Shown: positions 10,431-22,215 of the stretch, in pieces
How the letters are laid out: each line of letters opens with the position of its first letter
How positions within the stretch are numbered: position 1 is the first letter of the stretch
DNA from: Chiloscyllium plagiosum
Taxonomy: Eukaryota
Length of the DNA stretch: 38,438 bases
Assembly: GCF_004010195.1 (NCBI RefSeq)
Contig: NC_057719.1
Location: 42,124,239 to 42,162,676, forward strand
Direction of reading: 5' to 3'
The notes under the pieces: generated by a model
The model's input: only the letters and a program-made list of their open reading frames with translations
Told to the model about the DNA's origin: nothing
Databases searched by the model: none
Made by a program: the position numbers and the translations under genes

Positions 10431-11039
10431 TAAAACTCTTGGTCTTTTAGCAAGACTTTTAGAGCTCTTACCTCATCTATCAATTGATTCATAAACTAGA
10501 ACTGTACCTGCTTTTTAAACAGTTGTAACTCAAGAAAGGGTGCATTGAATTCCCAGTCTAAAAGGAGGTTTCTGCCATCCATGAGCCCACTTTACAAAAG
10601 CATTCCACTGTACCATCTTCATCTACATGCCTGTGATGCTGGTAGTGTAAATTTAAACTGTTCCTTCCTCAATAACAAAAACTTCACAATTGTCATTTTG
10701 CAAGGCTGTTACTTATATTTTAACTGGCAAGAATGGGACATTCTAGCCTTTCAAATTCCTGTACGTCAATGGCCTTTTATCCCAGCAGAAGAGTGCACTC
10801 CAGCCTTCTTATTTGTTTATTTTAATTAAGGTAATCTTTGAAATTTCTTTCAATTGAGAAAAAAACCCAATATTTTAATCCTAAATAAATTAGTGCTGTT
10901 CTCTTGGTGGCAAATGCCCCATCTAAGATCTGTATGGTTGATGCTGTTTAAAGCTGATAAACTCTCCCTTTATCTGAATTTTCTGTTGTCTGAAGTTGAT
11001 GTATAGTTGGTCTTCATTTGGAAACCTTATTATCTGCCA

Positions 11040-11248
11040 CCAAGGTACTGGATAGACAAGCAGGAGGCTGGGAGAACACAGTAAGCCAGGCAGCATCAGG
11101 AGATGGAGAAGTCAATATTTTGGGTGCAACCCTTCTTCAGTTACCTGAAACATTGACTTCTCCACCTCCTGATGCTGCCTGGCTTACTGTGTTCTCCCAG
11201 CCTCCTGCTTGTCTACCTTGGATTCTAGCATCTGCAGCTTTTTTGCTT
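11040..11248. repeat. Palindromic PLE-derived miniature element (two inverted terminal repeats, no body)
   Basis: Arm about 11052-11115 is a near-perfect reverse complement of about 11153-11216; same family as 6806-7320. Confidence 0.85.
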
Positions 11249-11460
11249 CTAACCAAAGAACTGGAGTCTTTCTTAAAGGTGGCTGTGGTTGTTATGATTA
11301 TGTGAATTTACCTCCAATAGGGTGTTTTACCTGATGCACCAAACAAAACTAATGTTATTTTCCGTTAGGTAAAAAACTAGACATGGATATATTGAAGAAT
11401 CCAATAATTTACCCCAATGTACAAAAATTATTTATTATATAAATTTGTTGTCTGTCACAT

Positions 11461-12099
11461 TGTTATGGACTAGACCAGACCACTCAAAACATTCTTGAGC
11501 AGGCAGCCCAGACCATAACTTTGCAATTTGTTTCAGTAAGAGTACAGTGAGAATTACCTGGAGTAAGTTAGCTAGGTTGACTACTAGCTTTTAAAACAGA
11601 CAGTAATTTATTCACAAAATTACACAATGAAACACAAAGAACAGATTAAAGAACCCCTACAGAACTCAATCTATCCAAACTAGACTTAATTATGCTGTTC
11701 CGAATATACACAATAGTCCCAATAAGCAAACCCCCTTAAAAACATAGTTAAAAATGTTAAACAGATGCTTATAGGTTGAAGTTAAAAAGGTAGAAAGAGA
11801 GACAGCCTGTTCACACAGTCCACTACTGAACACCCAACTAGTTCTGGACTGAATTGCTTAGCTAGAGAGCTGACCACTCCCCTTCCATTATACAGGTCAC
11901 TTCTAAAACATGACCACTTAGGCCTGAAGTCGCATCTGTTTACAAATACACAAAAGGCCTCTCAAAATCCTTTTAATTTCAGTACTAAACCTGTCTAATT
12001 GGAGCCCGGCCCATTTAGGACCCTTCTGAGAAAAATCAAGAACACAGTATCTTTGAGAAAGGGAACAGCTTTTAGAAAAAAAGGACCAGCTTTATGACA
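11461..12099 (-). mobile_element. Probable solo LTR (about 640 bp)
   Basis: TGTTAT...ATGACA termini; minus-strand AATAAA (TTTATT 11607-11612); ACAT on the left flank recurs overlapping the right end (imperfect TSD). Confidence 0.55.
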
Positions 12100-12109
12100 C
12101 ATCAACATA

Positions 12110-12660
12110 CTGCTATGTTCCCTGCCCAACATTTCTGTTTCACTGGCTTGTTTCAGTGTTCCAGCAAAGCTCTGAGCAAGCTGGAAGAACAGCATATCAT
12201 TTTCCACTTAGGGACCTTATGCTTTCAGAATTCAACCTTGAGCTCAATTACTTTAGGGCCTGAGCACTTTGGCCCATGTCCATACCCCAACTCCCACACA
12301 CCAGACTTTGTCATCACATGGGCTGTTACCAATGTCATCCAGTAATGGCCCCCATTAGCCACTTGTCATTCTCCCAGGCTGACCTTTACCCATTTCTTTG
12401 ACTGCTCAACTGTTTCTCGCTCTCTCTCTCTCTCTCACACAATCTCTGGAGTCCACCTCCACCAATCCTTTACTCCTCCCCCTTCCCACTACCCCACTTT
12501 CAGCATATAGACCAACATTTTTTTAAACTTAAAATAGTTCTGAAGAAAGGTCTCTGGACCAAAAAAAAGTTAACTGCTTTCTCTCTACTGCCACACTTGC
12601 TGAATTTTTCCAGCAGTATCTGTTTTTGTTTCTGATTTCCTGCATCTGCAGTTTTTTTTT
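12110..12660 (+). mobile_element. Degraded PLE 3' fragment
   Basis: GLFQCSSKALSKLEEQHIIFHLGTL in the 12094 ORF; terminal CTGAAGAAAGGTC...GCATCTGCAG motif. Confidence 0.75.
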
Positions 12661-13469
12661 TAAAGTTTAATATTTGTTATTATCTACAAATATTACCTCT
12701 CTTATTGGTGTGCATGTTAATTTTAAATTGTAGGTCACAACAGTGGAGAATGCCTCCACTGTCGCTTCAATTGATCAGAGATGAAATGGATTTTGTGACC
12801 TTTATACACAAAGATCACATGCTATGATGCTTTCACAAATGTTTCTTAAACCATACTGACATACTCTCCAAGAGGCATAACACAATTGTATGAAAATGTA
12901 CATAATAAAAATGTTAAAGCAGACATGACAGTTCAAGAAACAGTGAGCACAAACTTTTAATCTGTTTGTTGCTATTTAATCATAGGCACACATTAGGTGG
13001 CATGTAATACAGGGCAAACATCTTTGCATTTTTCCAGATGAAAATCGTTGAAATGATGGAGCTCATCTATTATAATTGAAGATGACAATCTAGTGCCCAC
13101 ATTATGAGATAATGTATACCTTTAAATTCAATGAACTTCAGTGTAATTTATATAACGAAGGAACAAGGGTACAAATTACAGATCAACTTTTATGTTAATT
13201 GTCATAACACAAAGCTACCATCACTGTAATTATGCCTCACACAAGAAGCTTTTAGAACTTCAGCTGATCGTCAGCTATAAAACCTTTCTAAAACGGGAAA
13301 AATAAAGATCTGTTTTCTCTAAGCATTTTGATTGATAGCTGGACAAACTTTTCAATTTTGGTCATATCGCTTCTGCTCTGCAAAATGACATTTTAATAGA
13401 ATTAGTTTATAGCTCCAATGTTAGGCTGTAGGACCCTTTTTGGCGATCTTAATGAGGCTCCCAGAAACT

Positions 13470-13760
13470 TGGTTTCTCCAGACTGTAACTGGTTCCTACA
13501 CAGGAAGATCTCACATTCATTCATCGTTTGCCTTTGCTGACTGTTGATGTCAACTGGATCTCATGCCAATTAGCCTCAGTATACCTGGATAGTTGAGGGG
13601 AATTAATTCACAGTTTCAATTGTTGACTGCTATGTAGTGACTCTATATGGATGTAGAGAAAGATCTCTGATGACTTCTGCTGCTGACTACCTTGCTAATC
13701 ATTGGGTATGAACACTGAGTCATTCGACAAGGTATCAGGATGTACATGACAGTGATGAAC
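13470..13760 (+). mobile_element. Highly degraded LF-SINE-like fragment
   Basis: CAATTAGCCTCAGTATACCTGG...GAGGGGAA...TGACTGCTATGTAGTGACTCT resembles the LF-SINE core as I recall it. Confidence 0.35.
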
Positions 13761-13867
13761 TATCTTCAAACCATGCATCTTTGATGAGGGGTGGATAGAT
13801 ATTGCACAGATAAATATCACTTTAAGAATTTTAATTTTAAAATAATGGCTTACGGATGGGTTACTTT

Positions 13868-14626
13868 TGTGAAGGGCTCTTAAAACAAAACTAGGTCAAA
13901 TAATCTTTGTGGATCAGTGACCAAATGCAGTACGTGCTAGAGAGGAGGGCACCCCTTGATGAAAAATTGTTTTAAGTGCGGTAATTTACTATAAGTAGAG
14001 TAAGAATTGAAGGCATTCGCTTATTTGTAGTTCAAGGTAATCAAGGATTGTTTGTAATTAGGAAACTCAGAGATTAAGCAATTTCGAATAAAGACCTGAC
14101 TGGGATCAGAAATGAATATTTTCTCTCTCAAAAAAAGTACAGGATAAATTAAGGCAAGTCCAATTACCTCAGTAAAATGTTTATTTTGTGAAAACTTCCA
14201 GACCAGGACTGTTTGGTTAGGAATTTGCAGGTTTAGCCCTCTCAGGAGTTTATTGTCGGCTCATGTAAGAAAGACTTCACAGTTCTCAAGAAAACACTGG
14301 GGCGAATAATTCACATCAAACTTAAAGGTTTAATATGGAGGGCCAATTTCTTTAGGTTTCTATATCTGTAAGAGATAGTGTCAGGAAATAAGATGAGCCT
14401 TTGTTTTGCTGCATGTTTTAAGACCTTTCAAACAGTGTTCTATATCTAGATAGCTTTTTAAATATCTTTTTTGGAAATAAACTTCTGCTCTGTTTTAAAA
14501 GAAGCTCTCTAGTTGTGTGACTATGCTTCAGTGAATGACTATCACATTAACGTTTTTAAAAATCTATCAGGCTAGGTTTCAGTCTGCAACGTGACTTGTC
14601 CAGTACCATCAGCAGGGATCATGACA
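13868..14626 (+). repeat. Possible old solo LTR
   Basis: TGTGAA...ATGACA termini and AATAAA near 14476; no clean TSD. Confidence 0.3.
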
Positions 14627-15629
14627 CACTTGAATGGATAAAGGCAGCCATAACCAAATCCAATGCCCAAAAATCTAATGATCCCTGTAAAGAAGCATGG
14701 TTACTCACCATTAGCCTGTTCTTAGCCCAATTTGCAGAAAGGATTCCAGGTTCAAGGCACATTTATTTTCCTTCAAATTCTGCCCAAATACAACCCCTAC
14801 CATCCCAACCTGACAGGCTGCAGACAGCAATGGGGCATGAGGATCGAGAATACTATACTTTTCCAGTTTTTAAACAGAGTTCAGCCTGTACTCATTTCAG
14901 ACACCCCTTCCAGAAATCATAACCAGTTTAACCAGTCTGGTTGAATCAGTTGCCCAGCTGAAATGATTTCCAGTTGAGCAGTCAAGTTGGCTCCAGTAAT
15001 GACCAGTTAAACAGGTTGAATTTATTAAGCACAGTGACCAAAAGGGAACACTTTGAACATTGGACCAGGGAAGGTGTCGAGGTGGTGAGAAATGAGGGCA
15101 GTTGATGTGCTGATGAGTGTGAAAACAAGGCTTTGGTGAGATGTGGAGGATTTTAAAGAGGAGAGGCTGAGGGAATTCTTGAAATCATAATAATAGGGGC
15201 AGAGGTTTTTAATTGAAATCTTTTAGTTCACTTGTTGAGTCAAAATATCATCTCTCTGCTGGCTGGCTCATTTACTTGCAGTCCCACATGAATTACTCAA
15301 ATTCACCGAGGACTCCCAAAGATAGTTTCCCATAGGCTGCCCTCAAAATGACGGGATACAGTCTAAGGCCAACCCCTCAAAGTATGGGAAAGCTCAACTT
15401 ACAGTTACATATTCATGACTTGCAAAAGAGCCTACAGAAATAATTCATCCATTCCATTCGCAAATCCTGCTAATACATGAAAAAAATAACCATGTGTGCA
15501 CACTGGACCAATAAAAATAAGTCAACAGGACTGCACTAAGTTTCTCATCCACAAAAACAAAAAACTAAAGTCAACTTCACTTTTATTTCAGTTTATCATT
15601 GTTTAAGCACAAAACTGCTAAATTACAAA

Positions 15630-15778
15630 GTTAGAAATCACACAACATCAGGTTATAGTCCAACAGGTTTATGTAAAATCATAAGCTTTCAGAGTGCTGT
15701 TCCTTCTTCAGGAGCAATGCTCTGAAAGCTCGTGACTTCAGTCCACTCCAGTCCAACAATACCTTCCCCACATCATGC
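15630..15778. repeat. Small inverted PLE-type terminal-repeat element
   Basis: AAGCTTTCAGAGTGCTGTTCCTTCTTCAG is followed by the inverse-oriented GGAGCAATGCTCTGAAAGCT; 15630-15711 is inverse-similar to 34611-34700. Confidence 0.65.
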
Positions 15779-17489
15779 CAAATTACAGCTATCATACAAG
15801 ACATGAACACGATTTCTTGAGATGGAATATTTTGCCTTCAGATATTCCCCACATTACGTTCTGATGGCAGTTTTTCACATTCAATAGATGTAGCAGTGAA
15901 GACCCAATGGATGAAAGGGCCTCTTCTGTATTCTATGATTCTGTCTGTCTAACCCAGAAATGGACAGACAAGCTAACTTACCAACTTTCCTTAATGAAGT
16001 CCAAGAAAATAAACAGGGTTTTTGCAGCCCTATCTATTTGGATTACTCAACAACTGGAGACTGCTTTCTAGCTCTGTTCACCGAAAGACTTACACAAATT
16101 AAAAACTGTCCATCTGCTAAAATGGATCTATTCTATTGAACTCAACGTGCTTGCAACCCCAAGCCATCTATCTTTTCTGCAGTTTGAAAAAGTTCCACTT
16201 TGTAAGTCAACCATCTATGATCTCCCGAGTGCGCTTATTAGTCATCTCATTTAAGTCACATAATTTAATTGAAGGATCATTTTAAATAACTGCTCAAAAA
16301 TGATTTTCTGACTCATTCTTAAAAAAGAATCAGACTATCATAGGAAAAATTTTTATCATAACATGCACAAAAAAATGTAAATAAATACATTGCAGAGGCT
16401 TATATCAATTAAACACAGTTAAAGTACAGACAGGAACCAACCTAAAAAACAAATTCATAGTCAAAGTAGAGACAAATTAAACTACAATTAACCAAAATAC
16501 AGATTTAAATATTATTTACATTTGCACAAAGTTCTCTGAATTCTGTCTCATATTGTTTCATTTTTCAAGCTCTTTCTTGAACGTCTTCTTGCTCCATTCT
16601 GGAGGTGACAGTTGGAACATGCTGTAAGCTTAGAGACGTTTAAGCTTGAAATTACACAGGTTTCTGGAAATAGATGCCAAATACCTCCTAACCAATGTCC
16701 AGCAGAGAGGAATTGTAAACTCTGTACTCTCTACCACAAAAACAAAATTCCCTATAGTTTAATATCCAAGCAGGGGTATGGTGGACAGGATATAATCCGC
16801 ATCGTGCTCCAATTTCTCTCTCATCCTTGTGCCCATTTCACCACCTCTCTCCCATGCATGTCCCAAACCATGTTGCTACCTCCCAGCTATTATGTGGGTT
16901 GTCCTTAACTCCCACTCTCCAGTAATGGCATTCTCCATCTCAATCTTCCTGGTGCTCTGGGTCTTTCTCCCACTCATTCTTAGTTTCTTGCTGATCGCCA
17001 AATCCCTTATTGCTGTACACTTACCCTGGAATGTGTCAGGTCGGCGGCCCAAATAGGAGATGCTGGTGCTGGTGCTGCTGAAACAGGCACCAGCAATTAA
17101 CACTGAAGTCATCAAATCAAGACACCCAAAGTCAATTGGGTTATGATGGAACTGTCTCTGTAAAGGCAAAGAAGCACCTGATTGGGGCCCATCTTCCTCC
17201 CAACCTCTTGATTAATGAATTCTTCGGTCCAATGGCTGTTCTGGTTTGCCATCAGGAACTCATTCCAATTAAACTAACAGCCTCTAAGCACAAAAAGAGC
17301 TCACTCCAACCTTGGGAAAATACTAGAACCATCACTAATTCCTCTTACTGGGCTTTAATTGTGCTATTTTACTTCAAATCTGATCAATTAAAATCTGAAG
17401 GCAATACACTTGAAATTAGAAACATTAGCATGTGAGGATCTTCTGGTTCACTGTAAAAAATAAATATGTTTAAACACATTATCTTTCAT

Positions 17490-18655
17490 TAGTGGCATGG
17501 TCCCAGAGAACTGGAGAATGGTTAATATTATACTTTTGCCTAACAAGGGACCAAAGCAGATCCCAAGTAATTACAAACCAGGCAATCGAACCTCAGTGGT
17601 TGGCAAATTATCAGAAAAAAGTTCTGAGATGGTATAGGTCATCATTTTTAGAAATGCGTGGATTAATCAAGGCTCTTTGCAAAAGGAAAGTTGTGTCCCC
17701 TTGCAATTAAGTTTGAAGGACACAGGAAGAGTTGATGAGGGTCTCTAATTGATGTGATCTATGGGGATTTTAGCCTTTGAAAACCTCCCACATATTAAAC
17801 CGTTCAGAAAGGTAACAGCTCATGCAATGCAAGGGAAAGTGGATCCAAGACTGGTTCAATGGCAGGAAGCAAAGAGTTCTGGTCAGCTGGAGTTTTTAAA
17901 GATCAGAAGACTGTTTTCGGTAGGATTCTGAAGGGTTTAGCACTGGATCCCTCGCTGCTCATAATTTATAACAATTACTTGGATTTAAAATGTAGGGATT
18001 CATGATGAAGCACTTTGCGGATTATATGAAAACTGGTCATGTTTTTGGTCATGAGGATGAAAGCCATCAAGTTCAGAATGAGGCCAGTAGTTTGGAACTG
18101 GGCAAAAGAATGTAAATTTATTTCACTGTAGATAAGGGGAAGCAATGTATTTGAGGACTACAAACAAGGCAAGTGAATAAGCAAGTGATAGAATCCTGTT
18201 TCACCTGTAAAGAAACAGGAAACTTTGGCTGCAAGTCCTCAGAACTTTGAAGGGGTAGCAGCACAGGTAGATCAGTAATCAAGAGGGTTTACTTTGCTAC
18301 ATTGGCTGAGGGCCAGAGTATAAGAACAGGGTGTCAGTACTTTAAAATTTTACAAATCAGTAAAGATTTACAACTAGATTACAGCTTGCAGTTTTGGTCA
18401 ATGATTACATTGCTGAGGGAACAGAGGGAATTCACAAGGATATTGCCAGAATTGAAAAACTTTAGCTGTGACAGAAGATTGAGGAGACTGAGATTTTGTT
18501 CTTTAGAAAAGAGAGCAGCAAGAAGAGTTGAAATAAGTTGCAGAAGATCACGAGGAACATAGACAGAATGCATAGAATGGAAGTATTTCCCTTAATGGAG
18601 AATCATTAATTAGAGTGCATAGATTTAAAATATTTGGTGGAAGGATTAAATGTAG
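17490..18655 (+). mobile_element. Old degraded CR1 LINE RT region
   Basis: Remnants of CR1 ORF2 motifs (P..WR.., D..YMDF.KAF-like, GS.LGP, FADD-like TTTGCGGAT, LDY..QFWS, FTRILPEL) with many stops. Confidence 0.75.
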
Positions 18656-19234
18656 AGCTAAAGAGCAATTTGGCAGGGATATGGTCAGCAGTAGGTTGTT
18701 TTTGCTGTGCTGCTATCCAGATGATTCAGTACATCATGCAGAATGTAATCAGATTTAATGTGTATAATGAATGTGACCTATGCCACTACCCTGTGAAGAC
18801 AGAAGACCAAGTTGTTAAATACTTAACAAATGTCATTAGTTGTACGGACAGAAAGGATGAGGAGATATTTTGTCACATGGTGAGGGCACTGAATAAGAAG
18901 AGGCCAGTTAGAAGAGTCAAGGGACTCAGTTCCCAAACTTGCCTCTAGCTTGGGAATTCTCTGCAGACTTCACACATTGCCTTCTCCTGGGAGTTGTCAG
19001 GCGATTAACTGAACTGTGGATTTCCTCAATTGCCACTGAGAAATTTTACATTGCGTCTCCCTGAAATGTAGCTGCTGTGGATGGCTGGGCTACATTCCAT
19101 TAAGCCATCAAGTTTCCTGGTGAGAATGTAAGACCGTTATCTGAAATAAGGTACCAGAAGGCCTCAGAATGGTTCATGTGGCTGCTGTTTTCTAGTCTAC
19201 CATGTTTAACTTGGATTCTCCCACAGAAATATCT

Positions 19235-19700
19235 TTTTTGCCTCATGATTCATTCACGGGATGAGGGCATCCCAGGTTAGGCCAGCATTTATTGCTAATC
19301 CCTAATTGCTCAGAGGTCAGTTAAGAGTCAATCACATTGCTGTGGGTCTGGAGTCACATGTAGGCTAGACCAGTTAAAGCTGGCAGTTTCCTTCCCTAAA
19401 GGGGTCTGTCTTCACAAGATGGTGGCACAGGTCACATTCATGATACACATTAAATCTGATTATATTCTGCTTTACAGGATATACTGGATCATCTGGACAC
19501 CAGCAGAGTAGAAACAGCCTGCTGTTGATCATACTCCCACCAAATTGCTCTTTAGCTCTACCTTGGGGTGAATCAGATGGGTTTTTATTGAATTCAAATT
19601 TCACCATATGCCAAGTCAGGATTTGAACCCAGATTCTCAGAACATTTCCTGGGACACTGAATTAACAGTCCAGCATTAATACCACTAGAACATCGCCTCT
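19235..19700 (-). mobile_element. SacSINE1-like DeuSINE interrupted by a 157-bp insertion
   Basis: GGCCAGCATTTATTGC...CCCTAATTGC tail, GTGGGTCTGGAGTCACATGTAGG Deu domain, GGATTTGAACCC B-box; insertion at 19405-19561. Confidence 0.75.
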
Positions 19701-20221
19701 TTGTCAATTTGGACATTTCTTTGGGTTTCATGTTAAGCAATAGACAACAGAAGACAAATTCCATGAGATCCTTCAAGAGGTTGCTCTTTTGAGCATTGGT
19801 TGCAGACATGTGTTAAACATCCAGGAAATGGAAGCTTTATATCTTCAGAACTATAGTCCCATTGAGGGGGGAATGGCTGAGAGTCTCAAAAAGGAGCAAG
19901 GATGGGATATTCACCTGTACATTGTGATACAGCATCAAGGCATTGCAAAAGGAGAATTGTTCAGTCATACTCAGGAGGAAATTACTCAACCAGCTATTCA
20001 GTGTCTTAACTTCTCAGGTTAACTGTGTGCTCATTTTTAGGGAAATGCAATGGAGGAAACATGAGTATTCAAAGATCAAGAGTCAGGAAGATTTTATTAC
20101 CTATCCAAGGTGGTGTACTGGACTCTCACCTCATATGCAGACAGTGTTTGTGAAAGTAATAGTGACCGCTTGCTTCAAAATGGGGTCCAAGGGTATATGC
20201 TACTTACAAACATGTTACAGT

Positions 20222-21010
20222 CAGAGAGTCATAGAGATGTACAGCGTGGAAACAGACCCTTCGGTCCAACCCGTCCATGCCGACCAGATATCCAAACCCA
20301 ATCTAGTCCCACCTGACAGCATCCGGCCCATATCCCTCCAAACCCTTCCTATTCATATACCCATCCATCCAAATGCCTCTTAAATGTTGCAATTGTACCA
20401 GTGTCCACCGCTTCCTCTGGCAGCTCATTCCATACACGTACCACCCTCTGCGTGAAAAAGTTGCCCCTTAGGTCTCTTTTATATCTTTCCCCTCTCACCC
20501 CAAACCTATGCCCTCTAGTTCTGGACTCCCCCACCCCAGGGAAAAGACTTTGCCTATTTACCCCATCCATGCCCCTCATAATTTTGTAAACTTCTATAAG
20601 GTCACCCTCAGCCTCCGATGCTCCATGGAAAACAGCCCCAGCCTGTTCAGCCTCTCCCTATAGCTCAAATCCTCCAACCCTGGCAACATCCTTGTAAATC
20701 TTTTCTGAACTCTTTCAAGTTTCACAACATCTTTCTGATAGGAAGGAGACCAGAATTGCATGCAATATTCCAACAGTGGCCTAACCAATGTCCTGTACAG
20801 CCGCAACATGACCTCCCGACTCCTGTACTCAATACTCTGACCAATAAAGGAAAGCATACCAAACGCCTTCTTCACTATCCTATCTACCTGTGATTCCACT
20901 TTCAAGGAGCTATGTACTTGCACTCCAAGGTCTCTTTGTTCAGTAACCCTCACTAGGACCTTACCATTAAGTGTATAAGTGCTGCTAAGATTTGCTTTCC
21001 CAAACTGCAT
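20222..21010 (-). mobile_element. CR1/HER1 LINE 3' fragment, well preserved
   Basis: ORFs 20594..21010 (EQRDLGVQVH...LVRPLLEYCMQFWSP...RVQKRFTRMLPG) and 20349..20579 (RTRGH...FFTQRVVRVWNELP). Confidence 0.95.
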
Positions 21011-21814
21011 TGCCCTAAACTAAGTGGATTTTAGCAGAGCTGGTCCTTCAGATTCAATCCATGTATACGGAACGTATCATTGCTTGAAATTTGTATTGTG
21101 GGAATTAATTGACTTGCCAGTACACACAGGCAGCACACCTGACATAAGTCTCAGTGAAACCACAAACAAGTATGGTCAGCCAAGATCAAAAATAGGAATA
21201 AAGGTGTCTTTATCATGAATAAGACTTGGGACGAGAACATCAAACCATATCATGTGAGTAACAATTGTGTGCACACATACAGAATCACACACAGAAACAA
21301 GCACAATATGAATGCATATCAACAGTTTCGCATTTGCAGATATGATCTGTCAGTTGTTTATACTCAGGTTCTTAATTCTGCAACAAAATGAAAAATGCAA
21401 CAGGTTCATCTGTCTCCTTTTCCTTTATTTTATGAGTAATCCTGCAATCAGAAAGGATAAATAGAGATTGGAAGGGTGGGGAATGCAGTATTTGAGAGGG
21501 TGGAGTTTTGGACAAACCAGGATTTATGAGGGTGGGGAGTCAGTGGGGGCGCAGGATATGCAAGGGGGTCATTTCAGGGAGAAGAATACTGAGATCCAGA
21601 AGGAAATGATCTTGAAACAATCACAAAAGAATAAAATCATTTCGAGAATCGAGTAGGAGTTCCTCTGCAAGTCCTTGCTAAAAGGTTATTAAAATTACCA
21701 GATCACATACCATAGGAATAACCTGGATGGTGGTAACTTCTAGATCAAAATCACCACAGGCCAGTATTCATCTGGACATCACAAATTGGCTTCATATTGA
21801 TCTATATAGTGTTT

Positions 21815-22215
21815 ATCTTCTGGGCTGAGATTGCACCCTTGGTTCCAGATCCCACAGCTGGGGGAAATATCCTTCCCAATCTATCCTGCTGATCCCTTGA
21901 GAAATCTTCTCGCTTTCTGTAAGATTGTCTCTCATTTTTCTAAAATCCATAGAATACAACCCCAGGCTCCAAAAGGCAGACAGTCTCTCATCCCTGGAAT
22001 TAGTTTGGTGAATCTCTGCTGCTTTGCCTCTATGGCGAGTAGATCCTTCATTGGACAAGGAGACCTGCAATGCACAAAACAAAATGGTGTAGTCTCACCC
22101 AAAATCTCTACAATTGAAGCAAGACTTTTAAATTCTATATTCAAATCCTCTTTTGATAAAAAAGACAACACGCAGTTTGCCTTCCAAATTGCTTACTACA
22201 CCTGCATGCTAGCTT
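21815..22215 (-). mobile_element. Degraded CR1 LINE fragment
   Basis: KDLLAIEAKQQRFTKLIPGM and LGLYSMDFRKMR remnants. Confidence 0.75.

Noticed and set aside
14709..14780. Minus-strand KCALNLESFLQ as the INF2 'KKSLNLNIFLKQ' exon
   Set aside because: Weak match and an in-frame stop before the donor.
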